Part shown: piece by piece, positions 42,054-54,774 of the stretch
Layout: every line of letters begins with the position of its first letter
How positions within the stretch are numbered: the stretch's first letter is position 1
Position numbers and translations under genes: made by a program
Source of the DNA: Octopus sinensis
Taxonomy: Eukaryota
Reading direction: 5' to 3'
DNA length: 64,000 bases
Assembly: GCF_006345805.1 (NCBI RefSeq)
Contig: NC_042999.1
Span: 24,242,001-24,306,000, forward strand
The notes under the pieces: generated by a model
Seen by the model: the letters and a program-made list of their open reading frames with translations, nothing else
What the model was told of the DNA's origin: nothing
The model's database searches: none

Positions 42054-42298
42054 CACCACCACCACCACTGTCGCCGTATTCTTCCTCCTCCTCTTCTTCT
42101 TCCTCGTCCTCCTCGTCCTCTTCTTCTTCTATCCTCGTCCTCTTCCTCCTCCTCTTCCTCTTCCCCTTCCTCGTCCTCTTCTTCCTCCTCTTCCTCGTCC
42201 CCTTCCTCTTCCTCCTCTTCCTCTTTCTCTTCCTCTTTCTCGTCCTCCCCCCTCCCCCTCCTCCTCCTCCTCCTTCTTCTTCTTCTTCTTCTTCTTCC
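42054..42298. repeat. (CTT/CCT)n polypyrimidine low-complexity tract
   Basis: Direct reading. Confidence 0.9.
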
Positions 42299-42315
42299 AA
42301 TCAGGACTCCCGCCA

Positions 42316-42505
42316 TTAGCCGGGCGACATGCTTAGCGGTATTTCGTCTGCAGCAAGGTTCTGAGTTCAAATTCCGCCGAGGTCGACTTTGCCTTTTATC
42401 GTTTCGGGATCGATTTAAATAAGTACCAGTTACGCTAAATCCGTTTGTCTATCATTGTTTGTCCCCTCTGTGAGTAGCCCCTTGTGGGCAGTAAAGAAAT
42501 AAGAA
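42316..42505 (+). mobile_element. SINE family A copy with internal deletions
   Basis: B-box, central domain and tail present. Confidence 0.85.
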
Positions 42506-42826
42506 ATGAAGACAGTGTTGGGATCTGTTGAAATATGTCATTTTGTTGTAATTGAGACCCATTTAAGTAGTTCAATAAATTTAGCTCTGACTCTTTAGCT
42601 TATAAGCAGTTTAGTGTCATTTACATTCCCATGGATGAATAAGTCTACATTATTAGTGCAAATGCTTTTTATAATTGTTGATAGATCGACCAGGTTAATG
42701 CCGCAATTGTCTATCGCAGCTGTATTGGGTAACTGTAGTAGTTTTACGTTGGTACAAAACACTTATATAATAATTAGCAATTTTCATCATTAATTGGTGC
42801 TTTTTATGAACGAACCTTAATTTGTT

Positions 42827-43005
42827 CGAGGGTGAGTCAAAAATTATACGCACTTTTGTTTTTTCAGTGTATTTACCCAAAAGCATGAGTAAAATAAGTA
42901 CGTAATTTTTCTATATTGTAATCCTTCCTTTTCGATGCACTTGGTCCAGCGGTACACAAGCTTGTGTATTCCCTCCAAGAAGAAGGTTTTTCGGTTGGTC
43001 TACGC
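42827..43005 (-). mobile_element. Mariner 3' end fragment
   Basis: QPKTFFLEGIHKLVYRWTKCIEKEG on minus strand. TIR-like CGAGGGTGAGTCAAAAATTAT. Confidence 0.75.
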
Positions 43006-43872
43006 TTAAGCAGAGGACGGTCACACACCTTTAAAATCGTAATGTTTATAATACATCTATCTCATACTTATTCATCAAACAACGTATATTCAGTTTCTGG
43101 TACTAAATCTACTTCTATGTTTTCATTTTGTCTTTTTTTCAGCCTGCCTGATAATAACACATTTTTATTTCTTTATCGTGTGACTCAACGAACTACATTA
43201 ATTTGTTTCTGTCTATTGTGAGTAATTTACATAGATTTCTGTCCTGATAAGGGCGGTTTTTAAATGTTTTCATTTGGGTGTGATATTCTCTGTGTACAAT
43301 TAATTGTTTCCTTTTCTTCTAATTTCCTAAAAACTCGCATTAATTCAGTCACTCCTGAATTCTTTATTTTAAAACTATAATTAATTACTAGTATGGACAG
43401 TAATGATAATATCAGTTAATAAGTATATATCAGTTGGTAAATTGCTCTGTAGGGATCATTCCTTCGGTATTTACGCTTAACTATCTCTTGATCCTTACTT
43501 GTGAAACTTAACTACATATAATACCAAAATAATACAATATTCTAGACAATTATTATAATTTAATTATATAAATGATATTTATAATTTATTATTTTTACAA
43601 GGTGATGAAAACAGATTTCCTTTTATCTTAGGGAAAATAGTATTCTTATCCAACCTCTATATAATTGACAAATGTTATTTAATATGCCAAGACCTTTAAA
43701 CATGTCAGCCGCTTCTCCTTCCAGGCGCATTGCTTCTCTGCGGAGTTTCCTGTTAGTCATAAGTCCTTTTATTTTAATAGTTTCTTTCCTCTAACTACTA
43801 CACTCTAAAACTGACTACCATCGTTTTGCTTTCCACTGGCGTATGATGTTCAGTGTTTCTGAATCAAGCTTT

Positions 43873-44110
43873 CTTATTTCTTTACTGCCCACAAGGGGCT
43901 ACACACAGAGGGGACAAACAAGGACAGACAAACGGATTAAGTCGATTATATCGACCCCAGTGCGTAACTGGTACTTATTTAATCGACCCCGAAAGGATGA
44001 AAGGCAAAGTCGATCTCGGCGAAATTTGAACTTAGAACGTAAAGGCAAACGAAATACCGCTAAGCCTTTCGCCTGGCGTGCTAACGTTTCTGTCACCTCG
44101 CCACCTTTCC
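43873..44110 (-). mobile_element. SINE family A monomer with 12-bp TSD
   Basis: GAATCAAGCTTT at 43861 and 44111. Confidence 0.9.
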
Positions 44111-44286
44111 GAATCAAGCTTTGAATTAGTAGACCTTTCCTTTCTTTGTGTTTGTTTAGGCTACTGTGATCTGAAATATTGTTTGTGACAACCTCGTACA
44201 GGAAGGAGCAAAAGAAGTAGAAACATCCATATGCAAAGTAAATTTCGAGAAACACTACGTGACTAACTTCAGGAGATGACTTCAAT

Positions 44287-44511
44287 CTGTCGGTTACGAC
44301 GACCAGGGTTTTTTTTGATCCGATCAACAAAACAGCCTAGTTGTGAAATTAACGTGAAAGTGGCTGAGTACTCCACATACACGTATTTAGCAGGGAGGTT
44401 CAGCGTGACAGAGAATGTAACAAGGTTGGTCCTTTGAATTACAGATACGACTCATTTTTGACAGCTGAATGGACTGGCGCAACATAAAATAAAGTGTGTG
44501 ACCAGGATAAA

Positions 44512-44544
<33 letters not shown>

Positions 44545-44839
44545 TATTGCCTTTGCACAGCTTCTAACGTTGTTCACTACCGGTGAAATCATAAGTGTAG
44601 TCAATGAATCACCGAAGCTTCGCAATACTGAGCCGATGATTCACCGATTACTGGCCTGTAGAGTGCTTGAAGTGTAGGCGTGCGGTTGTGTACTAAGTTC
44701 ACATATTCCATTCACCTTCATAATGCCAAGAAACTGTATAAACACCGGTGACTTAACATTCAAGTCACTAAGACGCGATCAAGGACACGACTCACAATCG
44801 TGTGCTGAATACTCTAACCATTAAGTCACTCGTCTTCAC
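44287..44839 (-). mobile_element. SINE (family D body, tail type 1) interrupted by a ~280-bp copy of the 39.4-39.7 kb region
   Basis: SINE halves at 44287-44497 and 44779-44839. Insert nearly identical to 39430-39661. Confidence 0.85.
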
Positions 44840-45350
44840 ACTTTAGAAGATATGAATAAACTAAATAGAATATGTGTAAGATGGAATTTCTATCTTGCTC
44901 TCAAACAATTGAGAGATTAAAAGCCCATGATGGCGTATGATTATTTAACAAAGTAGGGCGGGTTTACGCTAGTTTTTTTTATAAACTTCAGTTGAGTTAG
45001 GAATATGTTTTCTTAATCAGACTATGTTGCTTAATACCAAACATAAATTCTCTAATGTGGATGGTTATCATTTAGTGCTCTAGGAAAATTATGTAACACA
45101 AAACTGAGCCTAAGAATTAATACTATTTAAAAAATGCTTAACTTTGACTGAAAACAATATTTAGGTTAAAACATCTACACAGATATTCGAGTTTATGCGG
45201 GCGATTAGCAGAGTCGAAAGGGTGTCGTCAAGAATAAATAACGATATTTGTTTTAGCTCTCTTTATTAAGTTCACATCCCACTGATTTTATACAAAAAGT
45301 GACTTTACCAATGAATATCGCATTGCAATTGAAACAAATGATGAGAATAA

Positions 45351-46500
45351 GGCGGCGAGTTGGCAGAAACGTTAGCGCGCCGGGCGAAATGCTTATCGGT
45401 ATTTCGTCTGCCGTTACGTTCTGAGTTCAAATTCCGCTGAGGTAGACTTTGCCTTTCATCCTTTCGGGATCGATAAATTAAGTACCAGTTACGCACTGGG
45501 GTCGATGCAGTCGACTTAATCCGTTTGTCTGTCCTTGTTTGTCCCCTCTGTGTTTAGCCCCTTGTGGGTAGTGAAAAAATAGGTATTTCGTCTACCGTTA
45601 CGTTCTGAGTTCAAATTCTGCTGAGGTAGACTTTGCCTTTCATCATTTCGGGGTCGATAAATTAAGTACCAGTTACGCACTGGGGTCGATTTAATCGACT
45701 TAATACCTATGTCTGTCCTTGTTTGTCCCCTCTGTGTTTAGCCCCTTGTGGGTAATAAAGAAATAGGTATTTCGTCTACCGTTACCTTCTGAGTTCAAAT
45801 TCTGCCGAGGTAGACTTTGCCTTTCATCCTTTTGGGGTCGATAAATTAAGTACCAGTTACGCACTGGGGTCGATGCAGTCGACTTAATCCGTTTGTCTGT
45901 CCTTGTTTGTTCCCTCTGTGTTTAGCCCCTTGTGGGTAGTGAAGAAATAAGTATTTCGTCTACCGTTACGTTCTGAGTTCAAATTCTGCCGAGGTAGACT
46001 TTGCCTTTCATCCTTTCGGGGTCGATAAATTAAGTACCAGTTACGCACTGGGGTCGATGCAGTCGACTTAATTCGTGTATCTGTCCTTGTTTGTCCCCTC
46101 TGTGTTTAGCCCCTTGTGGGTAGTGAAGAAATAGGTATTTCGTCTGCCGTTACGTTCTGAGTTCAAATTCCGCTGAGGTAGACTTTGCCTTTCATCCTTT
46201 CGGGGTCGATAAATTAAGTACCAGTTACGCACTGGGGTCGATGCAGTCGACATAATCCGTTTGTCTGTCCTTGTTTGTCCCCTCTGTGTTTAGCCCCTTG
46301 TGGGTAGTGAAGAAATAGGTATTTTGTCTACCGTTACGTTCTGAGTTCAAATTCTGCCGAGGTAGACTTTGCCTTTCATCCTTTCGTGGTCGATAAATTA
46401 AGTACCAGTTACGCACTGGGGTCGATGCAATCGACTTAATCCCTTTGTCTGTCCTTGTTTGTTCCCTCTATGTTTAGCCCCTTGTGGGCAATAAAGAAAT
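45351..46500 (+). repeat. SINE family A hexamer: one head plus six 184-bp tandem units
   Basis: Period 184 (anchor positions 45496, 45680, 45864, 46048, 46232, 46416). ACAAATGATGAGA on both flanks. Confidence 0.95.
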
Positions 46501-46788
46501 GGGACACAAATGATGAGACACAACCAAGACAATTTTTCTGCATATAAAGATGATATTTGAGAAATTATCTGTTAAAGTAATGGATAAAAGTGGAGAAAGT
46601 AAAAACCACTCTGATGATGCAATGGTAACTGACCACCATCTTATCAATCTGAAAGATGCTTTTTCTGCTTCCAACATAGGATGAGGCTAATATAAATTTA
46701 AGGCCTGCGCTGATATTCTGTCAGCTGCATCATTCCCAAAACGGTTAACAAATATCGCTTTCTGTTTTGTTTTGTTTTTATCAAATAG

Positions 46789-47291
46789 GAACTCCCTCAC
46801 GTCAAATTTTTAACTGGGTCGCTTTCATCAGGCTAGCGTCGACCGAGAATAAATTCAGTGTCCGCATTAATATTTGCTTTAAATGTTTTGGATTATTTCC
46901 TAACAGACATTGTCCTAGAATACTAGCAGACATGTTTCCTGTTTGCCATAATCTCTGCTGATAATGAAATTCAAACTGATGCTGGCTGCAATTTAAAAAC
47001 AACCGTCTAGAACCAATAATCAAATTTATTGAACCCCAAAGAATGATTTGTTTACTGATTAGATCTTAATCAAAACCATATTCATTTGTATTATGTGTAT
47101 GGTATTTCCGTAAGAAGCGTTTTGTCCTGGATAGAACTTACTCCAATCAAACAATTTTGTGCGCGTCCAATGAGTTAACAAAGATAAATGCCAGTACCAG
47201 CGCCAAAACCTGTAACTCTTATCTCGTGATTTAAATGCTTCTAACGTAATGCTTCTCCCCATATTCGAAGAGGCCCAACAAAATAGTACGG
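46789..47291 (+). other. Candidate exon (no continuous ORF; UTR or lncRNA)
   Basis: Pyrimidine-rich acceptor TTTTGTTTTTATCAAATAG| and donor CGG|GTAAGA bracket unique, complex sequence. Confidence 0.3.
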
Positions 47292-47737
47292 GTAAGAGCT
47301 CCTTATTCCAGAAATCGACGACATAAAGAGACCCGAAAATACACACACACACACACATACACACAAACACGCACAAATATACATACATATATACAAACAT
47401 GCATGCATGCATACATACATACATGTGTGTGTATGTTTGTTTGTGTGTGTGTGTGTGGTGTGTGTGTGTGTGTGTGTGTGTGCGTGTGTGTGTGCATGTG
47501 TGTAGGTAAGAGCTCACTATTTCAGAAATAGGCGACATAAAGAGGCCTGAAAACACGCACGCATTCACACACACACATGCACAAACATATATACATATAT
47601 ACATACATACATGCAAGCATACATAAATGAATGTACATGCGTGTGAGTGTGTATGTGTATGGGTGTGTGTGTGTGTGTATGGGTGTATCTTATGCAAGTA
47701 ACGCCTTTTTAATACACATACATTTTAATGTTTCTAT

Positions 47738-47943
47738 TACTCTTTTACTCTTTCACTTGTTTCAGTCATTTGACTGTGGCCATGTTGGAGCACCGCCTTT
47801 AGTCGAGCAAATCGACCCCAGGACTTATTCCTTGTAAACCTACTACTTATTCTATCGGTCACTTTTTTACCACACCATCATTGGTTTTCAAGCGATGTTG
47901 GGGGGACACAAACACAGACACACAAACATATACACGCACATAC

Positions 47944-47993
<50 letters not shown>

Positions 47994-48197
47994 ACATATA
48001 TATATATACCTACATATATATATATACATATATACGACAGCCTTCTTTCTGTTTCCCTCTACCAAATCCACTCACAAGGCTTTGGTCGGCCCGAGGCTGT
48101 AGAAGAAGACACATGCCCAAATTGCCAGGCAGTGGGACTGAACCCAGAACAACGTGGTTCGTAAGCAAGCTACTTACCACACAGCCACTCCTACGCC
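47738..48197 (-). mobile_element. SINE family B copy
   Basis: Homologous to 1310-1716, expanded internal TA. Confidence 0.9.
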
Positions 48198-48589
48198 TTT
48201 TTTCTATGTGAAAACTAATCAAAGCCCTTGTTAATATCACAAGTTTTATCTATCATGCTGTGAACAGAAAAGAGGATCAAAGAATTTTGTTGTAAATAAT
48301 GCGAACAATCTACGTGCTGTATCTGCTACTGTTATTTCCTGTTGTATGTGTCTTTGGATAAACCTTCTGAGGTTTGCTTATATATTTGTGTGCGTTCATT
48401 TCTTTCTTTCAAAATACGCCTAACATTACAATGATTGCTTCTGTTTTCGATCCCCACGGTCTGTATTTCAGAGGTATTTTTTTATATCTGTAGTTTCTCC
48501 ATTTCTTTCAGAGATTGTTTGTCTTTCTTTGAAATCGATACGTCAAATAGGATATCTTCTAACAATTATCCTTTACGTGTTTCAATCAT

Positions 48590-48852
48590 AACACTGTGGC
48601 CATGCTGGAGCAGTGCCTTGCTGGGTGTAGTCGAACAAGTCGATTCAAATTATTATGTTTTTTTTTTTCAGCCTGGTACTTATTTCATGGGTCTGTCTTG
48701 CTGAACCGTTAGGTTACAGGGACGTAAAAAAACGAGCACCTGTTGTGAAGCGGATGTAGTGGGACAAACACAAACAAATATACGTAAACAGATAAGCACA
48801 CTTGCATAAAACACACACTTAAATACAGAAGCACACACACACACACTCATTC

Positions 48853-48928
<76 letters not shown>

Positions 48929-49176
48929 GGGAATATAATTCCAAACTTACAGGGAAAAATTCAATTCAGCAATTCTAAATCAAATTTCGCGATATATCAT
49001 AAGGTTATTTCTCTTAATTATACACACACACACACACACACATGTATACGCTGGACTTCCATCTACTAAATACACTCTCAAGATATTGGCGGAGCTGGGG
49101 TTTATAGCCGAAGACAGTTGCCTAAGGAGATGCGCAGCGGGACTGGACGCGAAGCTACGTGGCTGCAAAGCACACA
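48590..49176 (-). mobile_element. Old SINE family B copy with insertion in its microsatellite
   Basis: Tail at 48590, head blocks at 49050-49176. Confidence 0.7.
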
Positions 49177-50463
49177 TTGTTTTGTAACAGTTTTTTGTCT
49201 AAAACTCACTATCAGCAAATCACTGAACATGGGTAATTTACCAATTTTCTATGAACTTTCCCCGTGATTTTTCGAATCATGTCCTTTCTTAATGAATGAG
49301 TAGTTACATGACAGACTGTGATAACTAAAAACAATGCTTGTTTCTTCACACTCACCAAATACTCTGCAGAGTTCTATACATTGCTTCTTCGTCAGTATTT
49401 TCCTATGAGAAGTGTGTTTGCTTTTTTTCCTAAACCATTCAAAACCTTTGCCCTCAGTCTTGAATACGGGAATTTTTAGACAATGCTGATGTTTTTCCTT
49501 GTTTTGTTTTGTTATTTTTGGAAGTTTCTGCTTTGTCAGGGTTTGTCGATGGATGCCCGTGTTCTTAATTTCTTTTTTTTTTTTTTGTCAAACCTTTAGC
49601 CTAAAGCTTGGTAGCTCCATTTTTAATTTAGGTTTTAGTTAAAAAATATTTTTCTCTTATATTTTTTTCCTTCATTCTTATCGCAGCTGTCTGTAATTGC
49701 ACCCTCTGTTTTATGTTCGTTTGCTTCCCTGAAAACAGAACTTATTGTTTGTTTTTCCCATTTTATAGTTTTAATGTTTTTTCTAGCTTCTGCAGTAATT
49801 ATTTTAAAATAGTTTTCTGGTTGCAGAAGACATCTACCACCCATTATCTAGGTTTGGGTGGTATTCTAAACACAGTCATTTCTTTCCATGTTTTCACATC
49901 TAGTTTTACCAATCTACTTAACTCTTGTTCTGAATATAAATTGCAATTTATTACTGGAAGAGCCAGACTATTTGCACTTAATGCCTTATGTTTGCTGTTT
50001 AGATTTTCAAGATTTAAGCCTGTAATTTTATTTGTTTATGTAATACACGTTCTAGTTAATTAAATCCTTAGAATTCGTAAGTGTGCTTTTTGTTCAGTTC
50101 TCTTATCTATGATTCTTTATCTGGTTTAATATTCTGGTTTTTATTAATTTTCCTGTTTTCAAAGTTGACTTCACGTAATTCCCTAACCTAATTTCATGCC
50201 AAGTTATTTTCGTTTACTACTGACTATAAATCAATGCTTGTAAGAGAATTACCAGTTGCTTTATATATGCATCACAGTTTCGCCCTTATTTCGTGTTAAA
50301 GTTGAAAGTTTTTTAACCACAAAGTAAAGAAACAGAGAAGGAACATCCAGCAATTACAAAAAATAAAGTTATCATTTCTGGGATAAATTTATTTCTGATG
50401 AGAATTAATTTGTTTTCAACAATTCTGTTTTGATTTGTAAACTTATATTTACCCATATTCATA

Positions 50464-50725
50464 AAAAATAAATGCGCCCTTTTAAAGCCTAGCCAGGCTC
50501 ATGGGGCCGATTTCCCGGTTTCTATGGCGTATAGGTTCCCCAGGTGGACGAGACGCCAGTCTTTCGCAGCGTTACTCATTTTTGCCAGTTGAGTGGACTG
50601 GAGCAACGTGAAATGAGGTGTTTTGCTCAAGAACACAACGCGTCGCCCGGTCCAGGAATCGAAACCACAATCTTACGACCATGACGCTGACACCCCTAAC
50701 CACTAAGCCACGCGCCTCCACACCT
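50464..50725 (-). mobile_element. SINE family D copy with 9-bp TSD
   Basis: ATATTCATA at 50455 and 50726. Homologous to 16942. Confidence 0.9.
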
Positions 50726-51228
50726 ATATTCATAGGAAATTTAAAATACCTGCCTGTTACTCGATGACTTAGTTCTTGGCTAATATTTACACAATCCAGA
50801 AGAGAGGGTATTAGAAGCCTCTTGAATGAAGCTATGTCCAGACACATCTTTCTCCTCTATTATCAACTGATATTTGATTATTACGTTTCACAGATGGAAA
50901 ACTTTTATCGACTTAATTCATTTAATTACCGTCACTTTTGCCCATATGTTCATTAGTGTAGCTGTATTTCAGATATTCTTAGTATAGTGTAGATTTGCTA
51001 GAATTCGATTTGGACGAGATTTCATTGTATTGATTATCCCCCTAGTTTTTTTTTGTCTAGATTTATGTTAGAAATCTTTATATGTGAGCCAGTTTGAGTC
51101 TTTTTTACTTTCTTCGAAAATTCCAGCTTTTCCAGTCTTTTATACAAATCTCTGGTTACACAGAGAAGTACATCTATGAAATTAAGTACAAATGAAAATC
51201 TATAATCTTAATACAAGTCCAAGTTGTA

Positions 51229-51624
51229 GAAGTGGCTGTGTGGCAAGTAGCTTGCTTACCAACCACACGGTTCCGGGTTCAGTCCCACTGCGTGGCACCT
51301 TGGGCAAGTGTCTTCGGCTATAGCCCCGGGCCGACCAAGGTCTTATGAGTGGAATTGGTAGACGGAAACTGAAAGAAGCCTGTCGTATATATATATATGT
51401 ATATATATGTGTGTGTGTGTTTGTGTGTCTGCGTTTGTCCCCCTAGCATTGCTTGACAACCGATGCTGGTGTGTTCACGTCCCCGTTACATAGCGGTTCG
51501 GCAAAAGAGACCGATAGAATAAGTACTGGGCTTACAAAGAATAAGTCCCGGGGTCGATTTGCTCGACTAAAGGCGGTGCTCCAGCATGGCCACAGTCAAA
51601 TGACTGAAACAAGTAAAGAGTAAA
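51229..51624 (+). mobile_element. SINE family B copy
   Basis: Near-consensus copy. Confidence 0.9.
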
Positions 51625-51720
51625 TAGCTCTAATACTTTTGCTCTTCTTTGTATTAATATTTTTATTCCTATTTTTATCATGTAGCTTTTCATTTACGTG
51701 TTATCTATTGTTTTATTTAT

Positions 51721-51976
51721 AGGCGCAGGAGTGGCTGTGTGGTAAGTAGCTTACCAGCCACATGATTCCGGGTTCAGTCCCACTGTGTGGAACTTTGGGC
51801 AAGTGTCTTCCACTATAGGCTCGGGCCGACCAAGGCCTTGTGAGTAGATTTGGTAGACGGAAACTGAAAGAAGCCCGTCGTATATATGTATATATATGCG
51901 TGTCTGCCCCCCCCCCAGCATCGCTTGACAACCGATGTTGGTGTGTTTACGTCCCTGTAATTTAGCGTTTCGGCAA
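51721..51976 (+). mobile_element. SINE family B copy, 3' truncated
   Basis: Head and body match. Confidence 0.9.
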
Positions 51977-52310
51977 TTTTAATACTTTCCGTATGAATTG
52001 TGTACCACGGTTTATTTTGAAATTAATTCGATTGTTTTCTTTAGCTTTTATTACCATTATGTGCTGAGCAGTTGGTGATTAGAGGGAATACCAGAATTAT
52101 TTTACAAGGAACAATATGATTAAAAAAAATTTTTTTTTTGTGGTTGAAAAAGTAACTACATTCCTCACGATTGACAAATAAAGATTTTGAAGTGAGGATG
52201 GATATATCTGTAGAAATAAGCTTCCAGTTTACCATAAAATTCATAAAATATTCCGTGTGAGCTGCTGTCTCATCGTAGAGCTGCCCAGTAATTTATACAT
52301 TGTTTGTTCC

Positions 52311-52508
52311 ATCTCGAGCCACGCCTGGCTCATTAGGGCCGGTTTCTCGGTTTCCTTGGCGTATAGGTTCCCCACCTGGACGGGACACCGGTCCGTCGCA
52401 GGTGAACTGCAAGATGCAGGAGGAGAGAGTAAGAGAAAGTTGTAGCGAAAGAGTCAGCAGAAGTCCGCCATTACCTTCTGCCGGAGCCGCTTGGAGCTTA
52501 GGTGTTTG
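52311..52508 (-). mobile_element. Partial SINE, family C body with D-like tail
   Basis: Similar to 29491-29700. Confidence 0.75.
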
Positions 52509-52724
52509 TACATTAATGGGTGTTATATTGAATAAATTTAGTTTCATGGTTTGGCTGAATGAATAGTAAAAATTGGATAACATGATGATATTTCTCCAAT
52601 AGTACCATCAAAACTTGACAAATTTTCAGTTTCTCAGATCTAGGCATTGCAAAATAACATGCAACCTACTAGAGAAATAGTGGCGTATAATCGCTTCGCC
52701 TCTGTCAAAGGCTCTACAAAATAG

Positions 52725-53070
52725 GGATCTTTTCACTTTGACCGGCAGATTTAAAAAATATTTTTTTGTAACTAAACACTATTAAACTTCGTATATTGGT
52801 AGAATGTGTCACATAAAACATCTTTTTCTCTTGGCGTTCTTGAGAAACTTCTGTAGTAATTGTCGTCATCTCAATAGACGTCATTGATTTGTTGAAATTG
52901 CCCAAATACGAAAAATTTAACAACAAATAGCTTACAAACTACAGAATTTTCTCAAGAACGCCAAGAGAAAAAGATGTTTTATGTGACAAATTCTACCAGT
53001 ATACGAATTTCAAAAATGTTTAGTTACAAAAAATTATTTTTTAAATCTGCGGGTCAAAGTGAAAAGATCC
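52725..53070. mobile_element. MITE with ~135-bp TIRs, GG termini and 8-bp TSD (Merlin-like)
   Basis: TSD CAAAATAG at 52717 and 53071. Ends GGATCTTTTCACTTTGA / TCAAAGTGAAAAGATCC. Confidence 0.9.
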
Positions 53071-53094
53071 CAAAATAGAGCTAGATAAGAACAT

Positions 53095-53131
53095 TTGCCT
53101 TTTTTTCCTTTCTTTCCCGTTTTAGGTGAGT
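53095..53131 (+). other. Candidate recursive splice site (3'SS abutting 5'SS)
   Basis: TTTGCCTTTTTTTCCTTTCTTTCCCGTTTTAG|GTGAGT. Confidence 0.45.
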
Positions 53132-53870
53132 ATTTCTTTATGTCAACAGTTCTATCTACTGCCCACACTCATTCGGTAGAGTATCTGCGGGTGTCACACT
53201 TACTGACCCACAGTATCTAGTTGTTGCGTTTGTGGATACCCTTTAAAAGTCAGTAGGTGCGGACACGTTTTTTTTCGTCTTCTTATAAAACCGTCTTTTT
53301 CAATGAGCTTCATTCCTGGCTTATACCATGTCCGGGTGAAACTAGTTAGGTTTGGTGAAACTTGATGTGTTAGCCGTTATGGCGCCGATGAAATAATGGC
53401 CAGGATTATATTGACAGGTCTGTGACCTTGTTTTGATCAGATGTTATTCTGTTACCGGATCATTGCGTCCGATTGGTAAAAACGGTGGGCGGTACGGTAG
53501 CATTATGAGTTAAAGTACGGGCGAGTAAATATCATTAACTCCTACCCAAGTGGTACACATGGGGTTTGCACCATACAGCGGCATAGTGTACGCAAGCACG
53601 CGCACGCTCGCACGCGCACATATTTATAAACGCCTTTCTGATTATCTTCCTCCTATATCTATCTCTGTGTATACATACATACATACATATATATATATTG
53701 AGAGCGAAAGAGAGAGAGAGAAAAAAAAAGAGAAAGAGAAAGAGTCAATTCAAATAAGCAATTCAGATAAAAGAATAAAAGCGAACAAGGGAACGTACAT
53801 AAGAGATGTTTTTGCTTGATGCTCGGGGAAGAGAGACAGAGAGAGATTATATATTACAATTACATACATA

Positions 53871-53928
<58 letters not shown>

Positions 53929-54013
53929 ATCCAAACAAGAAAACACAAAAAACCAAAAAAACACAGCAACGCGAGGACGTGGAACAAATAAAGTATTATT
54001 GGACGCTCAGGAA

Positions 54014-54048
<35 letters not shown>

Positions 54049-54059
<11 letters not shown>

Positions 54060-54169
54060 GAAAGAATGGAGTCGAACGACGATTTAACAAAATTCCTTTA
54101 GAAGACTGCATATTAAATAAAGGAATTTTGTTAAATCGTCGTTCGACTCCATTCTTTCATTTATTTATA
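54049..54169. repeat. Perfect hairpin, 52-bp arms, 17-nt loop, abutting (TA)n
   Basis: 54049-54100 is the reverse complement of 54118-54169. Confidence 0.95.
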
Positions 54170-54353
54170 GTAAAAAAACACAAAATTTCCACACGAAAGC
54201 ACGTGATTTCTGCCCTTGGCATGTAGCTTCAACCGTGTTTACTGACGTAAATTAGCTACCCGGGTATTGGTTAACCGAATTATCCATACTAGGATAATTC
54301 ACTTAACTACTTAAATATTCTTATATATATATACATATATATACATATATATG

Positions 54354-54428
<75 letters not shown>

Positions 54429-54554
54429 GTATGTGTGTGTAATAATGTATGTATATACGTATTATGTATATATAATTGTTAAAGCGGACAATAAACATTA
54501 AGGCAAGGCAAACATCTCAAGTTGTGTACAATATTATTGTTGGAAAAATTCAAA

Positions 54555-54610
54555 GCCTTACAGCTGTTTCTGGGATATCTCCGAGTGTGGGACATTCCGT
54601 CATCATAGAC
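54555..54610 (-). ncRNA. Degenerate type I hammerhead-like motif
   Basis: GTCT-ATGATGA-C-GGAATGTC..GATATCCC-A-GAA-ACAGCTGT-A-AGGC. Palindromic stem III; core C3 changed to A. Confidence 0.5.
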
Positions 54611-54774
54611 AAATAGGGAAAATGAGAATGGCATGTATAAATGCGATAACGACATAGAGGAAGAGAGTAAACGAATACTTTGTATATATATGTGTATATG
54701 TGTGTGTGTGTGTGTATGTGTGTGTGTGTGCGTGTGCGTGAATAACATTTATCAGTTATATGTTTAAAATTATT

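Noticed and set aside
45351-46500. Ribozyme inside the 184-bp SINE-A unit
   Set aside because: No complete hammerhead fold found on either strand by eye. Other ribozyme classes are not excluded.
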